This document shows positions 41,376 through 49,372 of a stretch of 60,111 nucleotides of DNA, piece after piece; position 1 is the first letter of the stretch; the number at the start of each line of letters is the position of its first letter. The DNA is from Collinsella sp. (lineage in GTDB: Bacteria; Actinomycetota; Coriobacteriia; Coriobacteriales; Coriobacteriaceae): NCBI GenBank assembly GCA_048302525.1, contig DBFDDV010000107.1, positions 1 to 60,111 on the forward strand, written 5' to 3'. The notes under the pieces were generated by a model. The model did no database searches. It was not told where the DNA came from and saw nothing but the letters and a program-made list of their open reading frames with translations. A program made the position numbers and the translations under genes.

Positions 41376-42317
41376 AGCGAGGGCCGTACGGATGGATGGG
41401 TCGCTGAGAGCCTCGCGGAGCCAGGGGGCCAGCTGCTCGGGATGACCCTGCAGGTAGCCGTCGAGCTCGGACGGGGCCACGCGGCGCACCTCCGAGATCT
41501 CCTCTTGGTTGATATGCAGCTCGCCCGGCTCAACATGGGCAAGGTAGACCTCGCACCACTCGCACTCGCAGCGGCCGTCGCCGTGATCCTCGCGGTACAC
41601 CACGTGTCCGAGGTGCTTGAGTTGATCGGGCTCGCGCGTAATGCCGAGTTCTTCGTTGATGCGGCGCGCCGTGGCGGCCGCGACGTCTTCCCCGGGGAGC
41701 GGATGGCCGGCGCAGCTATCGGCCAGCACCCCGCCCCACAGGCGCTTGAGCGGACTGCGGCGACAGAGCAGCAGGCGCGCGTCTTCGCCCCGGCCCTCGA
41801 CCAAAAGCGTCAGAAATGCCTGATGCAGGATGCCCTCACCAGCATGGGCCTCGATGCGGTCGACGGGGCCAAGCGCCTCGCCGGTCGCAGCATCGACCGC
41901 CACGACCTCGGCGCCCGCACCGCCCTCATCCCAGCCGGCGCGCAGAATGCGGGCTGCGGCTTCCTCGAGCGCGGCGATGAGCTCCTTGGTGGTGTCGAGC
42001 ACGCGCTGCAGGTCGTCACCGCTCGCTTGTTCAACATGAAAACCCGTGCTTGCAACTACCGGCACGCCAAAGCGCGTGGCCAGCGCCGCCGCGATATCGT
42101 GCGCCGGGATCTCGTCTCGATGGCACGGAACGGCCAGGATGCTCACCGTTGCCGTACGGCCGGGCTCGGGGCGCGGAATGGCCTGCGCCGTGGCGCCCAG
42201 GTGCGCAAACTCCGGCGAGCAGGCGTACACCGCCATGCCTCGCGGCGTCACCGTCAGCTGGGCCTCGAGCGCAAACTTGCCCTCGCCCACTGCAACCTTT
42301 GTCGTGTGCATACCCAT
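41370..42317 (-). CDS. Fusion: LpdD-like prFMN chaperone domain + type-1 IDI-like Nudix domain
   Basis: N-domain AHLGA...HRDE...GFHV pattern; C-domain EAH...LHQAF, RRSPLK, DSCAGHP, RRINEELG, YRE, ECEWC, PW; ATG 42317 with AGGAG SD. Confidence 0.8.
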   Translation of the reverse strand: MGMHTTKVAVGEGKFALEAQLTVTPRGMAVYACSPEFAHLGATAQAIPRPEPGRTATVSILAVPCHRDEIPAHDIAAALATRFGVPVVASTGFHVEQASGDDLQRVLDTTKELIAALEEAAARILRAGWDEGGAGAEVVAVDAATGEALGPVDRIEAHAGEGILHQAFLTLLVEGRGEDARLLLCRRSPLKRLWGGVLADSCAGHPLPGEDVAAATARRINEELGITREPDQLKHLGHVVYREDHGDGRCECEWCEVYLAHVEPGELHINQEEISEVRRVAPSELDGYLQGHPEQLAPWLREALSDPSIRTALAM

Positions 42318-42351
42318 GGGATCTCCTGCCGCCCGCGATGTACCTGAGACC

Positions 42352-42382
42352 ATCTTCGCCTGTATTGCGACTATACAGGCAA
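42352..42382 (-). promoter_or_regulatory. MerR-type promoter/operator for the LpdD-Nudix gene
   Basis: TTGCCT-19 nt-GAAGAT with dyad GCCTGTAT-N7-ATACAGGC. Confidence 0.7.
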
Positions 42383-42389
42383 GCCCTCC

Positions 42390-42420
42390 ATGTGACAAAG
42401 GGACTGCCCCTTTGTCACAT
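42390..42420. repeat. Family-A REP-like palindrome
   Basis: ATGTGACAAAGGG-ACTGC-CCCTTTGTCACAT. Confidence 0.9.
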
Positions 42421-42478
42421 TCTGTTAGAGTTGCAGGGATTGAATCCCGCTTATTCATGCGACATTGGAGTGACAACC

Positions 42479-43732
42479 TTGACCGCCGCAACCACGCCTA
42501 AAAGTAAGCCAACCGCCGCCGCGCTCTCCCCCGCGCGCACCAAGCTCTGCCTGGCGCTGCTCGTGCTGTTGGGATTCTCGCTCGGCTGCTCCGAGTTCGT
42601 GGTCATCGGCATCGAAAGCGACTTGGCAACGGAACTCGGCATATCACTTGCCACTGCGGGCCAGCTCATCAGCGTGTTTGCGCTCGTCTACGCTATCGCC
42701 ACGCCGGTGCTTGCGCTCAGCACGGGGCGTTTTCGCCGCTACCAGCTGCTCGTGTGCTATAGCGTCGTCTTTGTGCTCGGCAACCTGGTCATGGCGTTGG
42801 CTCCCAACTTCCAGGTGCTGTTTATCTCACGCATTGTCCTGGGCTCTGTCTCGGGTGCGCTGCTCGCCGTGGGCGTGACGTACATCCCTGAGCTGCTATC
42901 CCCGCAGCAAACCTCACTTGCCATCTCGGTCGTGTACGGCGCGTTTTCCGTGGCGATGGTCTTTGTGACCTCGATTGGCAAGTTTGTGGCCGACACACTC
43001 GATTGGCACGTGGCCATGTACGGCACGCTGACCTTTGCCGTTTTGATCTGTAGCGCGCTCGTGGCGTTTATGCCTCGCGCCGGGCAGACCGATGAGCCCG
43101 CCACCTTCCGCGAGCAGGCGGGGCTACTACGCGAGCCGAGTATCATCACCGGCATGCTCATCTTCTTGTTTGGCGTGGGCTCGGTCTACGTATTCTACGG
43201 CTACGTGACGCCTTATCTGGAGCAGATGCTGGGCATGGATACCGTTCAGGCGAGCACCACACTTATGGCCTATGGCGTGTTCTGCCTGATCTCGAACATC
43301 CTGGGCGGATGGATCGATGCGCGTTTTGGCATGAAGGCGCTGCTGGTTACGTTTGTGCTGCAGGCGGCGGCACTGCTCGGGCTGTTTGCCGTGGGCGCCG
43401 CCATGCCGCTCGCGCTGGTCTTTGTCTTTAGCCTGGCGATGCTCATGTACCTGTTCTCGGTCTCATGCATCACGCACTTTATGGACGTGGCACGCAGCCG
43501 CCATCCCAAGTCGATGGTACTCGCAAGTTCGGTTGAGCCCATGGCGTTTAACGTCGGCATCTCGTTTGGCACCGCAGTGGGCGGCGCCGTGGTAAGCAGC
43601 GTTGGCATTGCGTACGTGGGCGCAGTGGGCGCCGCGTTCTCGCTTGTGGCCTGGGCCCTCACGCTGGTGACGATTAAGCTGGCTCGCTGGGAGCGCCGTC
43701 GTCAATCAGCACGGCCCTCAATACGGGCATAG
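42479..43732 (+). CDS. MFS transporter (DHA1, AraJ/NepI-like efflux)
   Basis: GCSEFVVIGI...GQLISVFALVYA, hydrophobic 12-TM-like pattern, FNVGISFGTAVGG; TTG start with GGAG SD (start uncertain). Confidence 0.87.
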   Translation: MTAATTPKSKPTAAALSPARTKLCLALLVLLGFSLGCSEFVVIGIESDLATELGISLATAGQLISVFALVYAIATPVLALSTGRFRRYQLLVCYSVVFVLGNLVMALAPNFQVLFISRIVLGSVSGALLAVGVTYIPELLSPQQTSLAISVVYGAFSVAMVFVTSIGKFVADTLDWHVAMYGTLTFAVLICSALVAFMPRAGQTDEPATFREQAGLLREPSIITGMLIFLFGVGSVYVFYGYVTPYLEQMLGMDTVQASTTLMAYGVFCLISNILGGWIDARFGMKALLVTFVLQAAALLGLFAVGAAMPLALVFVFSLAMLMYLFSVSCITHFMDVARSRHPKSMVLASSVEPMAFNVGISFGTAVGGAVVSSVGIAYVGAVGAAFSLVAWALTLVTIKLARWERRRQSARPSIRA

Positions 43733-43818
43733 GGGCAAACATAGCCCAAGGTGGCGAGTAACCGGTGAAAACCGCCCAATATGAGTATGTTTATCCGCCT
43801 GGAAGCTTCAGCAGTGCA

Positions 43819-43912
43819 ATTTCGTGTATTTGAGATACACGCTTTTCTATTATTTCGTGTATTTCAAGTACATGAAATCGTACTAAACTATGTATCTGAA
43901 GTACACGAAATT
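43819..43912. repeat. Three palindromic units, 33-bp period
   Basis: Consensus ATTTCGTGTAT-N5-RTACACGAAAT; TGTAT starts at 43825, 43858, 43891. Confidence 0.85.
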
Positions 43913-43926
43913 GGAAAGGCGGCCCC

Positions 43927-45297
43927 ATGCGCAGATCAATCGAGTCCGTTATCGAATCATGGGCGACAAAGGACGCCTCACGCCCCCTCCTCATCCGTGG
44001 TGCGCGACGCGTAGGCAAAACGTACGCTGCCGAGGAAATCGGCAGGCGAATCGCCGGCGATGCGTTTGTCAAACTCGACTTTCAGACCGATCTTGAGCTG
44101 ATCGCTCCGCTGTTCGATTGTCCCACCGACGACGTTGACACCATCGTGGCGCGGATTTCAGACTATAAACGCGCCCCCATTCGCAAAGAAACCACCTTCA
44201 TCCTGTTTGACGAGGTGCAGCTCTGCGAACGGGCGCTCAACTCGCTTCGCTTTTTTTCGGGTTCGGGCTGGCGCATATGCGCGACCGGCAGTCAGCTCGG
44301 CGTCGCCACGCGCAAACGTAAGCTGCCTTTTCCCAGCGGCGTTCGTCAAGAGACCATGCATCCTATGTCGTTCGAGGAGTTTCTCTGGGCGCTCGATGAG
44401 GAGCAGATGGCCGATGCCATTCGTACCCACGCCGGCACGCTCGAGACCTACGCCGCGCACCAAGCCGCGCTCAGCCTGTTTCATCGATACCAGATCGTGG
44501 GCGGCATGCCCGCCGCCGTCAACGCATATCGCAAGACGTTATCCATCGAGGATGCGCGCGTCGAGCAGCGCGAAATCAACGAGACCTATACCGCCGATAT
44601 GACCGACCCCGAAAACGGGATCAGCGGCGTGGCGGCACGCAAGGTCTGGCGCTCCATTCCGTCCCAGCTGCTGAGATCGTCCACAAAAAAATTCAAGTAC
44701 TCCGAGGTCGAACGTGGAGGCCGTCGCGCCAAGCTTATCGAGCCGCTCGACTGGCTCGAAGGCGCCGGTATCATATCGGTCAACAACCTGACCGAAGGCA
44801 TCGAGCCTCCCCTCGTTCCCTTCGACGACGAAGATGGAAGTTTCTTTAAGGTCTATCTTCTCGATACCGGCCTCATGTTCTACAAACTCGGCATCAACCC
44901 GAGGCTCTGGCTCGACCTCAAAGAAGATTCCGCCATAGCGCTATCTTCCGACTTCCGAGGCGCCCTGGCGGAAAACTCGGTCATGCAAGCATTTTCGGGT
45001 AACAGCTTGCAGACGTATTACTGGGTGCCGCCGTCGTCTTGGAAGACGACCGGCGAGCTCGATTTTCTACTTCAGACCGACCGTATGGAAATCGTGCCCG
45101 TCGAGGTAAAGTCCGCACGCAACGTGCGCGCGAGAACCCTCGGGTCGTTCATGGACAAAGCCCGATCGCCATATGCCTACATTTTGTCCGAGAACAATTT
45201 TTTCCGCAGCGAAACCGATGACGGGCGCGAGCTACGCCACCTCCCCTTGTACGCAGCGGGCTTTATTGGAGCAAACTGCCTCAAGAGCAGTCTGTAA
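43927..45297 (+). CDS. AAA_14 ATPase with DUF4143 domain, paralog 2
   Basis: GARRVGKT, ILFDEVQ, GGMP, LDTG, AENSV, ELDF...PVEVKSA. Confidence 0.9.
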   Translation: MRRSIESVIESWATKDASRPLLIRGARRVGKTYAAEEIGRRIAGDAFVKLDFQTDLELIAPLFDCPTDDVDTIVARISDYKRAPIRKETTFILFDEVQLCERALNSLRFFSGSGWRICATGSQLGVATRKRKLPFPSGVRQETMHPMSFEEFLWALDEEQMADAIRTHAGTLETYAAHQAALSLFHRYQIVGGMPAAVNAYRKTLSIEDARVEQREINETYTADMTDPENGISGVAARKVWRSIPSQLLRSSTKKFKYSEVERGGRRAKLIEPLDWLEGAGIISVNNLTEGIEPPLVPFDDEDGSFFKVYLLDTGLMFYKLGINPRLWLDLKEDSAIALSSDFRGALAENSVMQAFSGNSLQTYYWVPPSSWKTTGELDFLLQTDRMEIVPVEVKSARNVRARTLGSFMDKARSPYAYILSENNFFRSETDDGRELRHLPLYAAGFIGANCLKSSL

Positions 45298-45330
45298 GCC
45301 CTGCACGACCGCCTAGAAAGGAAACCGCTC

Positions 45331-45777
45331 ATGCAACGCGTACTGTTTATCTGCCATGGCAACATCTGTCGCTCGACGATGGCTGAGTCGGTGTTTACCG
45401 AGCTGGTGCGGCGCGCCGGGCGCGCGGGCGAGTTTGTCATTCACTCCGCTGCGACCTCGACCGAGGAGATCGGCAACCCGCCACACCACGGCACCGTTGC
45501 CAAGCTGCGCGAGGTCGGGATTCCCGTCGTCGCACATCGTGCACGTCAGGTGCGTCGCGCGGAGTATGGCGACTGGGACCACATTGTCTATATGGACGAC
45601 GAGAACGCGCGTGGCCTGCGTCGCATCTTTGGCGACGACCCCGACGGCAAGATTACGCGCATGCTCGATTGGACCGAGCGCCCCGGCGACGTGGCCGACC
45701 CCTGGTACACCGGCAATTTCGATGCCACCTACCGCGACGTACTCGACGGCTGCACCGCTATGCTCGAGCAGCTGTAG
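45331..45777 (+). CDS. Low-molecular-weight protein-tyrosine phosphatase
   Basis: FICHGNICRS (CX5R), VADPWYTG. Confidence 0.93.
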   Translation: MQRVLFICHGNICRSTMAESVFTELVRRAGRAGEFVIHSAATSTEEIGNPPHHGTVAKLREVGIPVVAHRARQVRRAEYGDWDHIVYMDDENARGLRRIFGDDPDGKITRMLDWTERPGDVADPWYTGNFDATYRDVLDGCTAMLEQL

Positions 45778-45799
45778 GCAATCGAGGTCGCGGGCCACG

Positions 45800-45813
45800 C
45801 CTTTGTCACATCC
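45800..45813. repeat. Orphan right arm of family-A palindrome
   Basis: CCTTTGTCACATCC between converging PTP and AAA genes. Confidence 0.5.
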
Positions 45814-45823
45814 GGGACTAGCC

Positions 45824-47185
45824 CTAGACCGGCTTGACCTCCAGCTTTATCCCCTCGGCGCAGGAGTCGCCCAAAACATCCGAAAGGGCCCAGGTCGCAT
45901 ATAGCGGCAAATAGAGAACCGCTCCGTTGCGCTCAACGTTGCCTCTCGAGAAAACAATCCCGAGCCTTACGCCATATTCAGCCGTATCAAGCACATGACC
46001 GAGCGCAGCGTGCGCGTGGTAATAGGAGCCCGATTTAACCTCGATCGGAACAGCCGTCCCATCCGGTCCATCGACCACAAAGTCCACTTCACCGCGCTTT
46101 TTTGTCTGATAGTAGTAAAGCTGGCGATTTTGGGCAGCCAGCTGCTGGGCCACCACGTTTTCGTAAATGCCGCCCAGATTGGGCTCCTTGCTATCAAGAT
46201 ACGCCGCTTGGGCGACTCCGACGGGGTAGCGCGCCATCAACATGCCCGTATCCGATTGATATAGCTTGAACTGCGATGGCCGTGCCGTCTTGAGCAAGGG
46301 CGATTTTGGCTCGGTTACGATATCGGCTTTGAGAGCAACGCCGGCATCGACAAGCCATACAAAATCTCGCTGATACTTCTCGTAGTGAGCCTTGGGGTCA
46401 ATGGAATTGAGCACGAAGCGCTTGTTTTCGCCCTCGAGCATAATAGGGAGCTGATCGTAGATGCTCTGCACCTGAAGGGCTCGCCCGCTTGCATACTTGG
46501 AGATATCCCGCCGGTACTGTTCGTTGAGCTCTGACTGTAGCTGACGAACAGAGGCAAGGTCGCCCTGCGTGTCAAGGAAACGCTGCACGACCTCCGGCAT
46601 TCCGCCGACAACGGTATAGGTCCTGAAGTTTGCCATCATCGCGTCATGAATATAATCAGGAACGGGCCTCTCGCTGATACACGCGTCATGTATCGTTTGG
46701 CGAGCCCCCTCGCTCACCCCGATTGCCCAGCAAAACTCCTCAAAATCGAGCGGGAACATCCTAAGCTCGTGAACATACCCCACGGGATAGGACCTGACGC
46801 CCTTGAACTGAGTCCCGAGCATTGACCCCGAAAACGCCCAACGGCACCTCCCGTCCTCAACAAGGAACTTTGCCATTGTCATGATGTCGGGGGCCTCTTG
46901 GACCTCATCGATAAACACGAGCGTTTTGCCTGGCGCAATCGACTTTCCCGAAAGAAGCGTCACCCTGCTGATGAAATCATCGGCATCCCGCGCCTCGAGA
47001 AGAGCATCTTTTGCCTGGCGGTTTTCCATGAGGTTAAGCTCGATGTAGGTTGCATGGTTGGCTTTGCCAAATGCGCGAATCGAATAGCTTTTGCCAATCT
47101 GGCGAGAACCCGTAATGAACAAGGCCTTTTGCTCGGAAGACTTCAGCCAACGCTCCAGCTCTGCCGCTATTTTCCTGCGCAGCAT
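45824..47185 (-). CDS. AAA_14 ATPase with DUF4143 domain, paralog 3
   Basis: GSRQIGKS, VFIDEVQ, GGMPE, SDTG, YENVVA, EVDF...PIEVKSG; ATG 47185 with GAGGGGAG SD. Confidence 0.9.
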   Translation of the reverse strand: MLRRKIAAELERWLKSSEQKALFITGSRQIGKSYSIRAFGKANHATYIELNLMENRQAKDALLEARDADDFISRVTLLSGKSIAPGKTLVFIDEVQEAPDIMTMAKFLVEDGRCRWAFSGSMLGTQFKGVRSYPVGYVHELRMFPLDFEEFCWAIGVSEGARQTIHDACISERPVPDYIHDAMMANFRTYTVVGGMPEVVQRFLDTQGDLASVRQLQSELNEQYRRDISKYASGRALQVQSIYDQLPIMLEGENKRFVLNSIDPKAHYEKYQRDFVWLVDAGVALKADIVTEPKSPLLKTARPSQFKLYQSDTGMLMARYPVGVAQAAYLDSKEPNLGGIYENVVAQQLAAQNRQLYYYQTKKRGEVDFVVDGPDGTAVPIEVKSGSYYHAHAALGHVLDTAEYGVRLGIVFSRGNVERNGAVLYLPLYATWALSDVLGDSCAEGIKLEVKPV

Positions 47186-47204
47186 AGGCTCTCCCCTCGG
47201 TGTC

Positions 47205-47292
47205 ATCGAATGAAATGCAAAGTTTTATATGCTTGATTATCGATGAAATGCAGGATTTTTAGAACCTAAAATCGGATGAAATGCAGAGATTT
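47205..47292. repeat. Three-unit direct repeat array, 33-bp period
   Basis: ATCG(N0-1)ATGAAATGCA...TTT; TGAAATGCA starts at 47211, 47244, 47277. Confidence 0.85.
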
Positions 47293-47326
47293 GAGATTAT
47301 AAGCAAAAGAAGGGGCACCACCGGCG

Positions 47327-47359
47327 AATGTGTCAAAGGGGCTGTCCCTTTGACACATT
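47327..47359. repeat. Family-A REP-like palindrome
   Basis: AATGTGTCAAAGGG-GCTGT-CCCTTTGACACATT (compensatory A:T to T:A). Confidence 0.9.
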
Positions 47360-47367
47360 GCGCTCGA

Positions 47368-47700
47368 CTACTCGTCAACGATCTCGGCAAGCCAGACATT
47401 GAGGGTATCGACCTCGGGGCAGCAGAACTTTGCCGTGCCGGGCTCGTTGCCGGGCACGGTGCCGCCGTAACGCAGGATGTCGATATAGGGAAAGCCCACG
47501 TGGCAGGCCATGGCGCACATCTTGCCGCGATCGCGGTCGAAGTCGAAGACGTCGCCCGGCTTGTGGCCATGATGGCAGCGGCACGTCCCCAGCTGGTCTA
47601 CGCAGCTAATGCGGATACGCGGACGCTTGCCGCGCGGAGCGCCGAGCGGCTTGTTCTCGCCCGAAGGCTCGGCGGAGCCGCTCTCGGCCGCGCTACTCAT
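47368..47700 (-). CDS. TIGR04076-like Cys/His-rich small protein
   Basis: C-x-x-GHKPGDVF...MCAMA...CCP pattern; start overlaps pdxK stop. Confidence 0.7.
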   Translation of the reverse strand: MSSAAESGSAEPSGENKPLGAPRGKRPRIRISCVDQLGTCRCHHGHKPGDVFDFDRDRGKMCAMACHVGFPYIDILRYGGTVPGNEPGTAKFCCPEVDTLNVWLAEIVDE

Positions 47701-48517
47701 GGTCAATCACGTCCAGGCACGCCTCGATGGGAAGTCCGGCCGACTTGTCCTCCTGGTCGGCATTGCGCTCGATAAGCTCGGCCACCACGCGCATGGCGTC
47801 GGCCGTCGCACGCTGCAGGCTCCAACCGGCCATAACGCGGCCGACGAGCACCGCCGAGAACGTGTCACCCGTGCCCGGGAAGTAGACCGGGATCAGGTCG
47901 AAGGGAATCGTGAAGTACTTCCCCGCCACATGGTCGTAACCGATGACAACATTCGCACCGTCGACCACAGCGCTCGTAATGACCACCGACTTGGCACCCA
48001 GGACACGCACGGCATCCACAAGAGCGCGGCCCTCATCGGGCGTAATTTGCTCGGCAATAGGCCTATCGGCAAGCAGGCACGCCTCGGTATAGTTGGGCAC
48101 CGCGTAGTCTGCACACTCCAGCAGATGCCGCATAAGGCCAATCGTGGACTCAGGCACGCCCGCATAGAGTTTGCCGTTGTCGCCCATGATGGGGTCGACG
48201 AACACCTTGGTGCCCTTTTGCGCACGGCGGTGGCAAAAGTCCGAGATGATGCGCGTCTCTTCCTCGGTCACGATAAAGCCGGTCGAGATGGCATCGAACT
48301 CAAAGCCGAGCTCCTCCCAGATGGCGAGGCTCTGGCGGACATACTCCGTGGTGTCGTGGATGTAGAACTTGGGGTAGTTGAGCGTATCGGAAACGAGGGC
48401 CGTCGGCAGGTTGTGAATGCGATAGCCCATGTGCGACAGCACCGGCAGCATGGCGGAAAGCGCGACCTTGCCGTAACCGCACATATCGTTGATCAGCAGC
48501 AGCTGAGTATTCTTCAT
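47693..48517 (-). CDS. pdxK: Pyridoxal/pyridoxamine kinase (ribokinase family)
   Basis: INDMCGYGKVAL, FDAISTGF, VDPIMGDNG, PNYTEA, PGTGDTF. Confidence 0.85.
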   Translation of the reverse strand: MKNTQLLLINDMCGYGKVALSAMLPVLSHMGYRIHNLPTALVSDTLNYPKFYIHDTTEYVRQSLAIWEELGFEFDAISTGFIVTEEETRIISDFCHRRAQKGTKVFVDPIMGDNGKLYAGVPESTIGLMRHLLECADYAVPNYTEACLLADRPIAEQITPDEGRALVDAVRVLGAKSVVITSAVVDGANVVIGYDHVAGKYFTIPFDLIPVYFPGTGDTFSAVLVGRVMAGWSLQRATADAMRVVAELIERNADQEDKSAGLPIEACLDVIDHE

Positions 48518-48642
48518 GAGTGTCCCCCTTGGTTCGGGCGCGGCGCAGCAGCGCCACAGTGCGACTAAGTGTAGCGCAGGGAGCACGGCAGGCGGGCGCT
48601 GGCGCCGTGGAGGGCAAATTGTTGCGGAAAGGTTTCAGAAAA

Positions 48643-48673
48643 TGATCCCTTTTCCTCCGTCCCCAAGGGATCA
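48643..48673. repeat. REP-like palindrome, GGGGACG-loop type
   Basis: Minus strand TGATCCCTT-GGGGACGGAGGAA-AAGGGATCA. Confidence 0.65.
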
Positions 48674-48784
48674 CATGCACCGAAGCGGACCGTGGCGGAA
48701 TCACAGATTGCTGCTTAGGAACGCTTGCAGCGTCGAGCGGTTACGGCGTTTGGCAAAACTCCGTAACTTAATAAGTTTGGTACC

Positions 48785-48847
48785 TTGACATTGATTTCTT
48801 ATGCTCCTAGATTAGTTAGGCACAAAACAATTCCACTACCTAACTAA
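48785..48847 (+). promoter_or_regulatory. Sigma-A promoter with overlapping inverted repeat (probable MarR operator)
   Basis: TTGACA-17 nt-TAGATT; TTAGTTAGG (48812-48820)/CCTAACTAA (48839-48847). Confidence 0.7.
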
Positions 48848-48868
48848 AGAAAGGAGCGAAGCTTAGAT

Positions 48869-49372
48869 ATGTGTGTTGAACCACTCGTCCTTCCACATGA
48901 GCCCGGCGGTGACCCGTCGCAACCGGTAGACATACCCGAAGCGGTCAGCGCCGAAGACAAACTCGCCAAGCGCATCCTGAGCGGTCTGGGCTTTTGCGGC
49001 CATTACATGCACTTTCATGGCGGAGGCGTATCCGGCAAGGCGCCCATCATCTGCCTGCTGGCCAAGCAGCCCGGCAGCGAGATGTCGCAGCAGGAACTCG
49101 GCATGCACTTTGACCTCAAGCCGGGGTCGCTTTCCGAGATCCTGTCCAAGCTCGAGGTCAACGGCCTCATTGAGCGCAGCCGTAACCCCAAGGATCGACG
49201 GCAACTCACCATTCGCCTGACCGAAACCGGCCGGGAAAACGCCCGCATCGACCAGGCCGCCCGCATTCGCTTTAGAGAGCAGGCCTTTAGCGCCCTCACC
49301 CACGTCGAGCGTGAGCAGCTCGCCGAAATGCTCGAGAAAATCCGCAAAACTTGGGAGGAACTGGATGATTAA
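48869..49372 (+). CDS. MarR-family transcriptional regulator
   Basis: MSQQELG...SLSEILSKLEVNGLIER...DRRQLTIRLTETG; AAGGAG SD. Confidence 0.9.
   Translation: MCVEPLVLPHEPGGDPSQPVDIPEAVSAEDKLAKRILSGLGFCGHYMHFHGGGVSGKAPIICLLAKQPGSEMSQQELGMHFDLKPGSLSEILSKLEVNGLIERSRNPKDRRQLTIRLTETGRENARIDQAARIRFREQAFSALTHVEREQLAEMLEKIRKTWEELDD

Noticed and set aside
43781..44072. ORFs with 11-aa repeats (FRVFEIH/FRVFQVH) on both strands
   Set aside because: Produced by the 33-bp palindromic array; they overlap the AAA gene start and lack independent support
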